Source of the DNA: Planctomycetota bacterium
Lineage (GTDB): Bacteria > Planctomycetota > B15-G4 > SIAN01
Reading direction: 5' to 3'
Length of the DNA: 64,000 nt
NCBI GenBank assembly: GCA_031409275.1
Contig: JANNXA010000009.1
Span: 64,001 to 128,000, forward strand
The notes beneath the pieces were generated by a model. It did not search any database. It was given only the letters and a program-made list of their open reading frames with translations, and had not been told where the DNA came from. The translations under genes and the position numbers were made by a program. Shown in pieces: positions 27,267-36,323 of the stretch. Position 1 is the stretch's first letter. Every line of letters starts with the position of its first letter.

Positions 27267-28898
27267 ATGCGCCACGGCATCTTCACCCCTCCTGCGCCCA
27301 TCAACGAGCCGATCAAGAGCTACGCGCCCGGTTCGCCGGAACGCGCGCAGCTGAAGGCGCGGATCGACGAGCTGCGCGGCCAGGTGCTCGACATCCCGCT
27401 GGTGATCGGCGGCAAGGAGATCCGCACCGGCAAGCTCGAGCCGTGCGTCGAGCCGCACGACCACGGCCACGTGCTCGCGCGCTACCACAAGGCGGGGCCG
27501 CAGGAGATCGAGCAGGCGATCGCGGCCGCGAACGCCGCGTGGACGACGTGGAGCGAGCTGCCGCTCGAGGCGCGCGCCAGCGTCTTCCTCAAGGCCGCAG
27601 AGCTGCTGGCCGGTCCGTGGCGGCAGACGCTGAACGCCGCGACGATGCTCGGCCAGAGCAAGACGGCGTTCCAGGCGGAGATCGACGCCGCCTGCGAGCT
27701 GATCGACTTCTGGCGTTTCAACGCGCACTACCTGGCGCAGATCAGCCGCGAGCAGCCGCTGTCGGGACCGCAGATGTGGAATCGGCTGGAGTACCGGCCG
27801 CTCGAAGGATTCGTGGTCGCGATCACGCCGTTCAACTTCACGTCGATCGCCGGCAACCTCCCGACCGCGCCGGCGCTGTGCGGCAACACGGTGTTGTGGA
27901 AGCCTGCATCGAGCTCGATCTACTCGGCGTGGTTCTTGATGAAGCTCTTCGAGGAGGCGGGCCTGCCGCCAGGCGTCATCAACTTCCTGCCGTGCAGCGG
28001 CGGCGACATCAGCAAGGTGGCCCTCCCCCATCCCGATTTCGCCGGCGTCCACTTCACCGGCTCGACCGAGGTCTTCAACACGATCTGGCGCACGGTCGGC
28101 GAGAACCTCGGCAAGTACGGCGGCTACCCGCGCCTGGTCGGCGAGACCGGCGGCAAGGACTTCGTCTTCGCCCACCCGAGCGCCGACGTGCCGACGTTGT
28201 GCGTCGCGCTGGTGCGCGGCGCCTTCGAGTATCAGGGGCAGAAGTGCTCGGCGGCGTCGCGCGCGTACATCCCGAAGTCGCTCTGGCCCGCGCTGAAGGA
28301 GAAGCTGGTCGCGATGGTGCGCGAGCTCAAGATGGGCGACCCGAAGGACTTCACGAACTTCCTCGGCGCCGTCATCGACCAGGGCGCGTTCGAGAAGATC
28401 AAGGGCTACATCGACGGCGCGCGCACCAGCAAAGACGCCGAGATCCTGGTGGGCGGCACGTGCGACCGGTCGAAGGGCTGGTTCATCGAACCGACGGTGA
28501 TCGTCGCCAAGGATCCGACCTACGTCACCATGCGCGAGGAGATCTTCGGTCCGGTGCTGACGCTGTGGGTCTACGACGATGCGCAGATGGACGCCGCGCT
28601 GAAGCACTGCGACGAAGACTCGCCCTACGCGCTGACCGGCGCGATCTTCGCGCGCGATCGCGCCGAGATCGAGCGCCTCTCCGCGCGCCTGCGCCACGCC
28701 GCTGGCAACTTCTACGTGAACGACAAGCCGACGGGCGCGGTCGTCGGCCAGCAACCGTTCGGCGGCGCGCGCGCGTCGGGCACCAACGACAAGGCGGGAT
28801 CGTCGCTCAACTTGATGCGCTGGCTCTCGGCTCGCACGATGAAGGAGAACTTCGTGCCGCCGACCGATTGGCGCTACCCCCACCAGGGCGCCTCGTGA
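27267..28898 (+). CDS. pruA: L-glutamate gamma-semialdehyde (P5C) dehydrogenase
   Basis: Motifs NEPIKSYAPGSPER, PFNFTSI, GETGGKDF, FEYQGQKCSA and QQPFGGARASGTNDKAG. Confidence 0.95.
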   Translation: MRHGIFTPPAPINEPIKSYAPGSPERAQLKARIDELRGQVLDIPLVIGGKEIRTGKLEPCVEPHDHGHVLARYHKAGPQEIEQAIAAANAAWTTWSELPLEARASVFLKAAELLAGPWRQTLNAATMLGQSKTAFQAEIDAACELIDFWRFNAHYLAQISREQPLSGPQMWNRLEYRPLEGFVVAITPFNFTSIAGNLPTAPALCGNTVLWKPASSSIYSAWFLMKLFEEAGLPPGVINFLPCSGGDISKVALPHPDFAGVHFTGSTEVFNTIWRTVGENLGKYGGYPRLVGETGGKDFVFAHPSADVPTLCVALVRGAFEYQGQKCSAASRAYIPKSLWPALKEKLVAMVRELKMGDPKDFTNFLGAVIDQGAFEKIKGYIDGARTSKDAEILVGGTCDRSKGWFIEPTVIVAKDPTYVTMREEIFGPVLTLWVYDDAQMDAALKHCDEDSPYALTGAIFARDRAEIERLSARLRHAAGNFYVNDKPTGAVVGQQPFGGARASGTNDKAGSSLNLMRWLSARTMKENFVPPTDWRYPHQGAS

Positions 28899-28923
28899 AC
28901 GGCACAACGAGGCGGCGCGCTCG

Positions 28924-29241
28924 ATGAACTCGATCAGCTGTTCCGAGCTCGCCGCACGATGGGCGCGCGGCGAGCGGCCGGTGCTGCTCGACGTGCGCGA
29001 GCCCGAGGAGCACGCGATCTGCCAGTTGCCCGGCAGCGTGCTCGTCCCGATGAGCGAGCTGCCGATGAGGCTGCAGGAGCTCGACCCCGAGGTCGAGACG
29101 ATCGTCTACTGCCACCACGGCGTGCGCTCCGCCCATGTCATCGCCCACCTGATGGGCCACGGGTTCGAGCGCCTGGTCAACCTGCGCGGCGGCATCGACG
29201 CCTGGTCGCGGGAAGTCGATCCAGCGGTCCGCCGCTACTGA
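28924..29241 (+). CDS. Single-domain rhodanese
   Basis: Motifs LLDVREPEE, YCHHGVRS and NLRGGIDAW. Confidence 0.9.
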   Translation: MNSISCSELAARWARGERPVLLDVREPEEHAICQLPGSVLVPMSELPMRLQELDPEVETIVYCHHGVRSAHVIAHLMGHGFERLVNLRGGIDAWSREVDPAVRRY

Positions 29242-29399
29242 AACGCCGACGCGGCGCGCCCGTCCGATCGTCGATCGTTCGCATCGGTCGGCCATGCGCC
29301 GCTACCAAAATTGCCATCGAGATCTACCATCTCGCGCCTCGAAGTTTCCGATTCGGCGCCGCGGCTGTCATGCGGGGTGCCACTAATCAAGGAGGTCGC

Positions 29400-30701
29400 A
29401 TGAACGGTCTGCGTGGATGCACTCTTCCGATGGCTGCACTCGGAACCATGTTCGTGGCGGCGATGCCCGCCTCGGCGCAGGAGACGATCGAGTCGCTGAC
29501 GAAGCGCGTTGCCGAACTCGAAGCAAAGCTCCCGAAGGACTCGAGCGGCGACGCCGTGAAGTGGAGCGACCTGTCGGCGCTCGGCTCGCGCTTCAAGCTC
29601 TACGGCTACCTGCGCGTCGACTCGATGTGGGACGACTCGCGACCGAACAACACGCAGCTGCCGGTCTTCATCCGGTCGGAAGACCCGAGCGCGCCGTCGG
29701 GCTTCAAGGCGGCGGACAACTCCTCCGACTTCAACCTGCACCCGAAGCTGACGCGCGTCGGCCTCGACTTCACCGGGCCGAAGGTGAACGGCATTGGTGA
29801 CCCGACGCTGACCGGCAAGCTCGAGACCGACTTCTACAACGCGACCGCCACGGAATCGCGCGAAGCGCTGCGCATCCGCGTCGCGTGGCTGCAGCTCAAG
29901 TGGAACAACTTCAGCCTTTACGGCGGCCAGATGTGGGACGTGATCTCGCCGCTGATGCCGGTGGTCAACCCCGACATGGTGTCGTGGGGCGCGGGCAACC
30001 TGGCGGACCGCCGACCGCAGATCCGCGGCGAATGGGTCAACCCGATGGGCGACAGCAAGCTCACCGTGACCGGCATGGTGGGCGCGACCGGCGCGATCGA
30101 CGCTGCCGACCTCGACGCCAACACCTACCGCGATGGCGACCAGTCGGCGCAGCCGACCCTGCAGGCGCGCGTCGGCTGGAAGACGCCGGTCTTCGACACG
30201 AAGAGCAACTTCGAGATCGGCGCCTGGGCCCACCACGCCAACGAAGAGACCGACAAGCCGATCGGCACCAACCGCAACTTCTCGAGCTCGGCGTACGGCG
30301 TCGACTTCCAGCTCCCGATCTACAAGGATCGCGTCTGGGTGAAGGGCGAGCTGTGGCACGGCCGCAACCTCGATGACGTCCGCGGCGCGATCCTGCAGGG
30401 CATCAACAGCGCCGGCGACGAGATCCGCTCGCAAGGCGGCTGGACCGAGGTCGGCTGGAAGACCGGCGATCACCTGTCGCTGCACGGCGGCTGGTCGTTC
30501 GATGACCCGAACAACGACGACTTGATCATCAGCTCGAGCAACGCGCCGCGCTCGCGCAACACGATCGCCTACGCCGCCGCGATGTTCGACTTCAAGCCGG
30601 TCTTCTTCGGCCTGCACTACCTGAAGTGGACCACCGGCTACGAAGGCTTCGACAAGGGCGACGACAACCGCCTCCAGGCCTTCATCCAGTACTCGTTCTG
30701 A
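29400..30701 (+). CDS. Outer-membrane porin, DcaP-like
   Basis: AAGGAGG RBS, signal peptide, short coiled coil, KLYGYLRVD, amphipathic strands and a terminal Phe (IQYSF). Confidence 0.75.
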   Translation: MNGLRGCTLPMAALGTMFVAAMPASAQETIESLTKRVAELEAKLPKDSSGDAVKWSDLSALGSRFKLYGYLRVDSMWDDSRPNNTQLPVFIRSEDPSAPSGFKAADNSSDFNLHPKLTRVGLDFTGPKVNGIGDPTLTGKLETDFYNATATESREALRIRVAWLQLKWNNFSLYGGQMWDVISPLMPVVNPDMVSWGAGNLADRRPQIRGEWVNPMGDSKLTVTGMVGATGAIDAADLDANTYRDGDQSAQPTLQARVGWKTPVFDTKSNFEIGAWAHHANEETDKPIGTNRNFSSSAYGVDFQLPIYKDRVWVKGELWHGRNLDDVRGAILQGINSAGDEIRSQGGWTEVGWKTGDHLSLHGGWSFDDPNNDDLIISSSNAPRSRNTIAYAAAMFDFKPVFFGLHYLKWTTGYEGFDKGDDNRLQAFIQYSF

Positions 30702-30717
30702 TCCCACGGATCCCTGG

Positions 30718-30806
30718 CCGGCGGGCGAACCTGTCGCCCGCCGGTGCTTCTCCTCGATTCCGTCGTGCGGGTGCCGGCGCTGACGCAACCAGCGCCCGCA
30801 CGACGG
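30718..30806. terminator. Two tandem GC hairpins after the porin gene
   Basis: CCGGCGGGCGA-acctg-TCGCCCGCCGG and CCGTCGTGCGGG...CCCGCACGACGG. Confidence 0.45.
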
Positions 30807-30864
30807 TCTTCTCCCCTCCCCGGCCGGCGCGATCGCGCCGCCTTCCCGCCCACCGGAGATCTCC

Positions 30865-32007
30865 ATGAAGGTGTTCCGATTCCCCTTGCTGGCGCTCGCG
30901 CTCGCAGGCGCCGCATGCGCGACCGATCTCGGCAGCAGCCACGACAGCTCGATGACGATGGCCGCCGCGAAACCCGGCAAGAGCGCCAGGTTCGACGGCA
31001 AGAACGAGTTCAAGCTGACCGTTCCGGAAGGCGCCAAGTCGATCCGCATCTGGTTCGCGATGCCGCAGGACGACGACTGGACCACGATCGCGAGCCAAAC
31101 GAACAGCTTCTCGCCGGGCCTCTCCGGCCGCATGGTGATCGATGACCACGGCAATCGGATGCTCTACGCCGAGGCCAGCGACGCTGCGGCCGGCACCGAG
31201 CTCTCGATCTCCGAAGCGTTCACTCTCGAGCGCCAGGAGATCGTCGGAAACGTCGACGCCAGCAAGGCGAAGCCGCTGTCGGCCGCTGAAGCGGTGAAGT
31301 TCGCGCGCGAGCTCGGCGAGAACGCCTACATCAAGATCACCCCCGAGATCCGCGCGATCGCGGCCTCGGTCGTCGGCGACGAGAAGAACCCGGTGATCGC
31401 GGCGCGCAAGCTCTACGACTGGACGCTCGACAACATCGAGTACTGGGTCAAGACGCCGGCCACGCGCAAGGCGTCGGCGACCGGCAGCTCGGAGCACTGC
31501 CTCACCACGAAGACCGGCAACTGCACCGACTTCCACTCGCTGTGGGCCGCGCTCGCGCGCGCCTCGGGCATCCCGACCCGCATCGTCTACGGATCGATCT
31601 TCAAGCCGGCGCTCGACGGCCAAGACAAGGACGGCAGCTACCACTGCTGGCCCGAGTTCTACGCGTCGGGTCTGGGCTGGGTGAGCCACGACGTCGCGGT
31701 CGCCGACATCTTCCGCGGCACCTATGAACTCAACGCCGACAACGAGGAGAAGGTTCGCCTCACCATCGCCACGCCGTACACCGGCGCCGACGAGAAGATG
31801 GTGAACTACTACTTCGGCAACATCGACGAGCGCCGCGTGGTCTGGTCGAGCGGGCGCGACCTGACGCTCGATCCGGCGGCAGCCGCCGGCAAGGTCAACG
31901 CGATGGCGAAGGCATACGTCGAGATCGACGGCAAGCCGTATGGCGAGAAGTCGGCCGATGGCAAGGTCCAGTGGACCCGCAAGTTCAGCTACCGTGAAGT
32001 GAAGTAG
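30865..32007 (+). CDS. Transglutaminase-like (Cys-His-Asp) lipoprotein
   Basis: Lipobox LAGAAC, GNCTDFHS, YHCWPEFY and WVSHD. Confidence 0.85.
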   Translation: MKVFRFPLLALALAGAACATDLGSSHDSSMTMAAAKPGKSARFDGKNEFKLTVPEGAKSIRIWFAMPQDDDWTTIASQTNSFSPGLSGRMVIDDHGNRMLYAEASDAAAGTELSISEAFTLERQEIVGNVDASKAKPLSAAEAVKFARELGENAYIKITPEIRAIAASVVGDEKNPVIAARKLYDWTLDNIEYWVKTPATRKASATGSSEHCLTTKTGNCTDFHSLWAALARASGIPTRIVYGSIFKPALDGQDKDGSYHCWPEFYASGLGWVSHDVAVADIFRGTYELNADNEEKVRLTIATPYTGADEKMVNYYFGNIDERRVVWSSGRDLTLDPAAAAGKVNAMAKAYVEIDGKPYGEKSADGKVQWTRKFSYREVK

Positions 32008-32110
32008 CGCGTCGCGCGCAGGCACGCAGCGCCATGATCGCCGCGGGTCGGCGCAGCGAGGCGGAACTCCGCCGCGCGCGCCGGCCCGCTCTCCATCCCG
32101 AGCTGCTCCC

Positions 32111-32722
32111 ATCTCCCATCGCCCCGCCGCTCCCGATCCAGATCCCGACTCCGCCGCGGAGACGCCACTCGTCGTCGCCGCGGTCGAGCGCGGTGCCGGC
32201 AGCCGCTGCCCGGGTTGCGGCGCCGCTGTCTGCGGCCACGAGGTCGTGCTCTCGTGGGTGCTCGGCTTCAAGGACGCGCCGCGTTGCGCGGATTGCCTGG
32301 CGAAGGGACTCGACCGCGTCCGCAACGAACTGATCGCGAGCGTGAAGCAGCACGTCGACCACCGCGAGTGCTGGAGCGCCGGCTGGCGACACGCCGGCAC
32401 GATCGAGCAGCTGCGCGCCGCGCCCGCCTGCAGGGTGGCCTCCGTCGTCGCATCCAGCGCCCCTGCCGCGGCCGCGCGCTCGAATCCTCCCGTCGTCGCC
32501 AGCGACCACGCCGCCTGCTATGACGCCGGCGACCTCGGTTGCGGCGACCTCGTCCTCGAACTGCGAATGCGATTGCGGGAGCTCGCTCCCGGATCGCTGC
32601 TCGAAGTGATCGCGCGCGATCCGGGCGCGCCGGCCGATCTGCCTGCCTGGTGCGGGATGACCGGCCACACGCTCGTCTCCGCGAACCATCCCCGCTACCT
32701 CATCCGCCGACGCAAGGAGTGA
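32111..32722 (+). CDS. Cys-rich Zn-finger-like domain fused to a TusA-family sulfur carrier
   Basis: CPGC...CGH...CADC, then YDAGDLGCGDL...DLPAWC. The frame is open upstream of GTG 32246 with no canonical start, so ATC at 32111 is a guess. Confidence 0.7.
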   Translation: MSHRPAAPDPDPDSAAETPLVVAAVERGAGSRCPGCGAAVCGHEVVLSWVLGFKDAPRCADCLAKGLDRVRNELIASVKQHVDHRECWSAGWRHAGTIEQLRAAPACRVASVVASSAPAAAARSNPPVVASDHAACYDAGDLGCGDLVLELRMRLRELAPGSLLEVIARDPGAPADLPAWCGMTGHTLVSANHPRYLIRRRKE

Positions 32723-32724
32723 AC

Positions 32725-33087
32725 ATGGCTGGCAAGTTCTGCGTGACGTTGACCTGCTCGAAGGACAACACCGACAAGGCGACGGTCGCGTTCGTCGTCG
32801 CCAACGCCTCCGTCGCGTCCGAGAAGGAGACGATGGTCTTCCTCTCGATCGAGGGCGTGCGCCTGTCGCAGAAGGGCTTCGCCGACACGATCCACGAGGA
32901 AGGTTTCGCGCCGCTGAAGGAGCTGATCGCCAACTTCGTGAAAGCGGGCGGACTGATCTGGGTCTGCTCGCCCTGCTTCAAGAAGCGCAAGCTCGACGAG
33001 GCCGCGCTGATCCCTGGCGCGACGATCGTCGGCGGCGCCAAGCTCGTCGAGTTCCTGAGCGCCGGCTCGCCCTCGATCAGCTTCTGA
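32725..33087 (+). CDS. DsrE family protein
   Basis: AAGGAG RBS, VFLSIEGV, WVCSPC and GATIVGG. Confidence 0.88.
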   Translation: MAGKFCVTLTCSKDNTDKATVAFVVANASVASEKETMVFLSIEGVRLSQKGFADTIHEEGFAPLKELIANFVKAGGLIWVCSPCFKKRKLDEAALIPGATIVGGAKLVEFLSAGSPSISF

Positions 33088-33088
33088 C

Positions 33089-33874
33089 GTGACCGACGGC
33101 AGCGACGACCGCGCCCCCGACGCGATCTGCGAAGGGGGCGAACTCGACTGCGGCAGCGGCCTCCTGCTGATCATCCGCGAGGCGATGGCGCCGCTGCCGG
33201 CCGGTGGCCTCCTCGAGGTGCGCAGCCTCGAATCGAGCGTGAAGGAGGACCTGCCGGCCTGGTGCCGTCTGGTGGGCCACGAGCTGCGCTCGGTGGTCGC
33301 CGGCGAGGGCCGCTCCACGCGCTTTCGCATCGTCAAGCGCAGCGCATCGGCGGCCGACGCTCCCGCCGTGGCGGCGCACGAGGCGCCGCTGGCCGCCGAC
33401 CTCGAACAGGCGCGCCGCTTCACGTGGAGCGCGCGCGTGAAGTGGACCGCCGGAATGCAGGCGACCAGTTACGTGCGCAACCACGCCGTCGCCATCGGGC
33501 AGCCGGCGAGCTTCGACACCGCCGATCCAGCGCCGAGCGCCATCGAGCTGCTGCTCTCGGCACTCGGCGGTTGCCTCGCCGTCGGCCTCCAGTGGCGCGC
33601 CTCGCGCCAGGGCATCGCCGTGCGCCAGCTCGAGGTGTCGCTGCGCGCGCGCGCCGACGACATCCTCGTCTTCCTCGGAATCGACGACACGAGCGAAGCG
33701 AGCCGCGGCGCCGGCCACCCCGGCCTCGCGGTCATCGACGGCTCGATCTACGTCGATTGCGACGCGGACGACGCGACGCTCCAGCAGCTCTTCACCGACA
33801 CGGTTGCTCGCTCGCCGGTCGCGCAGTCGCTGCTGCGCGGCGTCCCGCTCCGCATCAGCGCGAAGCTCGCGTGA
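33089..33874 (+). CDS. TusA-OsmC fusion protein
   Basis: N-terminal GELDCGSGLL...EDLPAWC and C-terminal PSAIELLLSALGGC...RSPV. Confidence 0.85.
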   Translation: MTDGSDDRAPDAICEGGELDCGSGLLLIIREAMAPLPAGGLLEVRSLESSVKEDLPAWCRLVGHELRSVVAGEGRSTRFRIVKRSASAADAPAVAAHEAPLAADLEQARRFTWSARVKWTAGMQATSYVRNHAVAIGQPASFDTADPAPSAIELLLSALGGCLAVGLQWRASRQGIAVRQLEVSLRARADDILVFLGIDDTSEASRGAGHPGLAVIDGSIYVDCDADDATLQQLFTDTVARSPVAQSLLRGVPLRISAKLA

Positions 33875-33915
33875 CGCGGAACGGGCTCAGTCGCTGACGC
33901 CAAGCAGCTCGGTGA

Positions 33916-35054
33916 CTACCGATCGTGCGGAGCGTCGGGCAGCTCGACGAGGAAGAGGTCCCACGTTCCGTTGGTGTCGTGCGGGACCAACGTCGACTGG
34001 TAGCTGAGGAAGACGGCGCGCAGCCCGTCTTCGCTCAAGGCGCTCGACCACACGAACGGATCGGCGACCGCCAAGGTCTTGGCATCGAGCTTCGTGTCGT
34101 AGCGATCGAGCCCGCTTTGCGCGCCGACGCTGCCGGAGTAGGTGAGGTAGCGACCGTCGGCCGAGACGGCCTGCGGCGCCGCGGCGTCGAGCGGCAGGAT
34201 CGTCGCCTCGAGCGTCGCGAGGTCCACGCGATAGGTCGCCGGCAACCACGTCCGCCAGAATCCGAGACCGCCGGAGTAGCCGCCGTACCAATAGGTCGAG
34301 TACCACTTGCCGTAGTTGGGGTAGGGCTGCCGCACGCGCTCCGCCGAGAGGAAAACCGCCGAAGCATCGGCGGCGATCACCGGCTCGGAGGGATAGAGGT
34401 AGATGAGGCCGCCCGAATCGCGGAAGTCCGCTCGCGACGACTGCAGCGGCCACGCGATCTCGGCCACGGCCACCGGCGATGCTCCGCCGATGGCGACTGC
34501 CGCGTCCGCGGAAAGCCCCGTCGTCGTCATGAAGAAACCGGTGGAGCCGACGATCGCGGCCGTCGCGATCTCATCGGCGTAGGTGACGTCGGAGTCGGTG
34601 AAGACGACGTACTTGCCGTCGGCTGAAACGAGGGGGCGTTCCGGTGAGCTCCAGTACGAGTAGGTGCCGTTCGCCGTGACCAGCGCCGTCGTCCCCGCCA
34701 CGCGATCGCGCAGGTAGACGTCGGCGTCGTTGTCGTTGTCGATCGGCCCGAGGTCGTTCGCCTCGCTGACGAAGGCGACGTAGCGACCATCGCGCGAGAT
34801 CGAGGGCGAGGCGCTCGCGCCGTTGGAGGCGCCACCGCCGGCGGCGAGCGAGATGCGCTGCGTCTTCCGTGGCGCGCGTTGCCGGAGATCGCGAACTCCT
34901 GATAGGCGCCCTTGGCGAGCTGCGAGCCGTTCGAGCGCACGCTCACCCGTTCGAACTGCTGCGCCGAGGCGAACGGTGCCGCCATGCCGACGCGGAGCAG
35001 GAGAAGTGGCGCCGGACGGACCGGTCCGGGCAGGACGAGGCGCGACACTGGCAC
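33916..35054 (-). pseudogene. TolB/PD40-repeat beta-propeller protein with internal deletion and frameshift
   Basis: Signal peptide and ERVSVRSNG...AISGNARH in one frame, joined at about 34870 to KTQRISL...SISRDGRYVAFVS...DVYLRD in another. Confidence 0.65.
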
Positions 35055-35114
35055 CAGCGGATGCCAGCTCCTAGCGTCACGCGCCGCTCGCATCTCGCCA
35101 GCCTGGAGTCGTCG

Positions 35115-36254
35115 ATGCCGTCGCTTCCGCTCTTCCCGGTGACCAGCGTCGGCAGCTGGCCGAGACCCGACTGGCTGCTCGATGCGATGAAGCGCCAGCG
35201 CCCGAACCTGCGCGAGCTGCAGGACCAGGCCACGCTGCTGGCGATCAAGCAGCAGGAGGACGCCGGCGTCGATCTCGTCACCGATGGCGAGCAGCGTCGC
35301 GACAACTTCTATTCGTTCCTGTGCGACAAGCTCGACGGCCTGCGCCTGATGACGATGGCGGACCTCCTCGACCACGTCGAAGACAAGGCCGGCTTCGAAG
35401 CGCTGCTGCAGACCCTCGATGTGCCCGCCTTCGCGATCCGCAATCCGACCGTGGTCGGCAAGCTGCGCGTGAAGTCGCCGCTGGCCTGCGACGACGCTCG
35501 ATTCCTCCGAGCCCACACGAAGCGCGCGCTCAAGGTGACGTTGCCAGGCCCCTACCTGCTGTCGCGCTCGATGTGGGTGAAGCGCCTTTCCGAGGCGGCC
35601 TACCCGACGCGCGCCGAGCTGATCGACGACCTCGTCAAGATCCTGCGCGCCGAGCTGCAGGAGCTGGTGCGCATGGGCGTCGAGATGGTGCAGTTCGACG
35701 AACCCGCGCTCACCGAGCTCGCCTTCGCCGGCAAGTCGTCGACGCGCACGTTCATGTGCGCGGCGCTCGCCGCGCAGGCCAGTCCCGAGAGCGAGCTCGA
35801 GCTGGCGGTCGAGCTGATCAATCGAGTCGTCGAAGGCGTCACCGGCACCATCACCGCGGTGCACGTCTGCCGCGGGAACTGGAGTCGCAAGGAGGAGGTG
35901 CTGCTGGCCGGCAGCTACGACCCGCTGATGCCAACCTTCAAGAAGATGAAGGTGAAGCAGTTCGTCCTCGAGTACGCGACCGAGCGCGCTGGAACCCTCG
36001 ACGCGCTGCGCGAGCTGCCTCCCGGCGCGCAGGTGGGGCTTGGCACCGTCAATCCGCGCACGAGCGAGATCGAACCGGTCACCACCATCGTCGAGCGCGC
36101 GCGTCGCGTCGCGACGCTGCTGTCGCCCGATCGGGTCTTCCTGAATCCTGACTGCGGCTTCGGGACCTTTGCCGAGCGGCCGGTGAACAGCGCCGCCGCT
36201 GCCGAACAGAAGCTCGCCGCGCTGGCGCAGGCCGCGGCCGTGCTGCGCCGTTGA
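35115..36254 (+). CDS. Cobalamin-independent methionine synthase II family (core MetE C-terminal domain only)
   Basis: Motifs VGSWPRP, TDGEQRR and QFDEP, with Zn ligands in HVCRGN, LEY and NPDCGF. The N-terminal MetE half is absent. Confidence 0.88.
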   Translation: MPSLPLFPVTSVGSWPRPDWLLDAMKRQRPNLRELQDQATLLAIKQQEDAGVDLVTDGEQRRDNFYSFLCDKLDGLRLMTMADLLDHVEDKAGFEALLQTLDVPAFAIRNPTVVGKLRVKSPLACDDARFLRAHTKRALKVTLPGPYLLSRSMWVKRLSEAAYPTRAELIDDLVKILRAELQELVRMGVEMVQFDEPALTELAFAGKSSTRTFMCAALAAQASPESELELAVELINRVVEGVTGTITAVHVCRGNWSRKEEVLLAGSYDPLMPTFKKMKVKQFVLEYATERAGTLDALRELPPGAQVGLGTVNPRTSEIEPVTTIVERARRVATLLSPDRVFLNPDCGFGTFAERPVNSAAAAEQKLAALAQAAAVLRR

Positions 36255-36323
36255 GCGGCGACGCCGCGCGACGATGCAAAGGGCGATGCAACGGGCGATG
36301 CGACGGGCGAGACGACGACGACT

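Noticed and set aside
36272..36310. 12-bp tandem repeat (CGATGCRAMGGG)x3
   Set aside because: Short VNTR between convergent genes with no sign of function.
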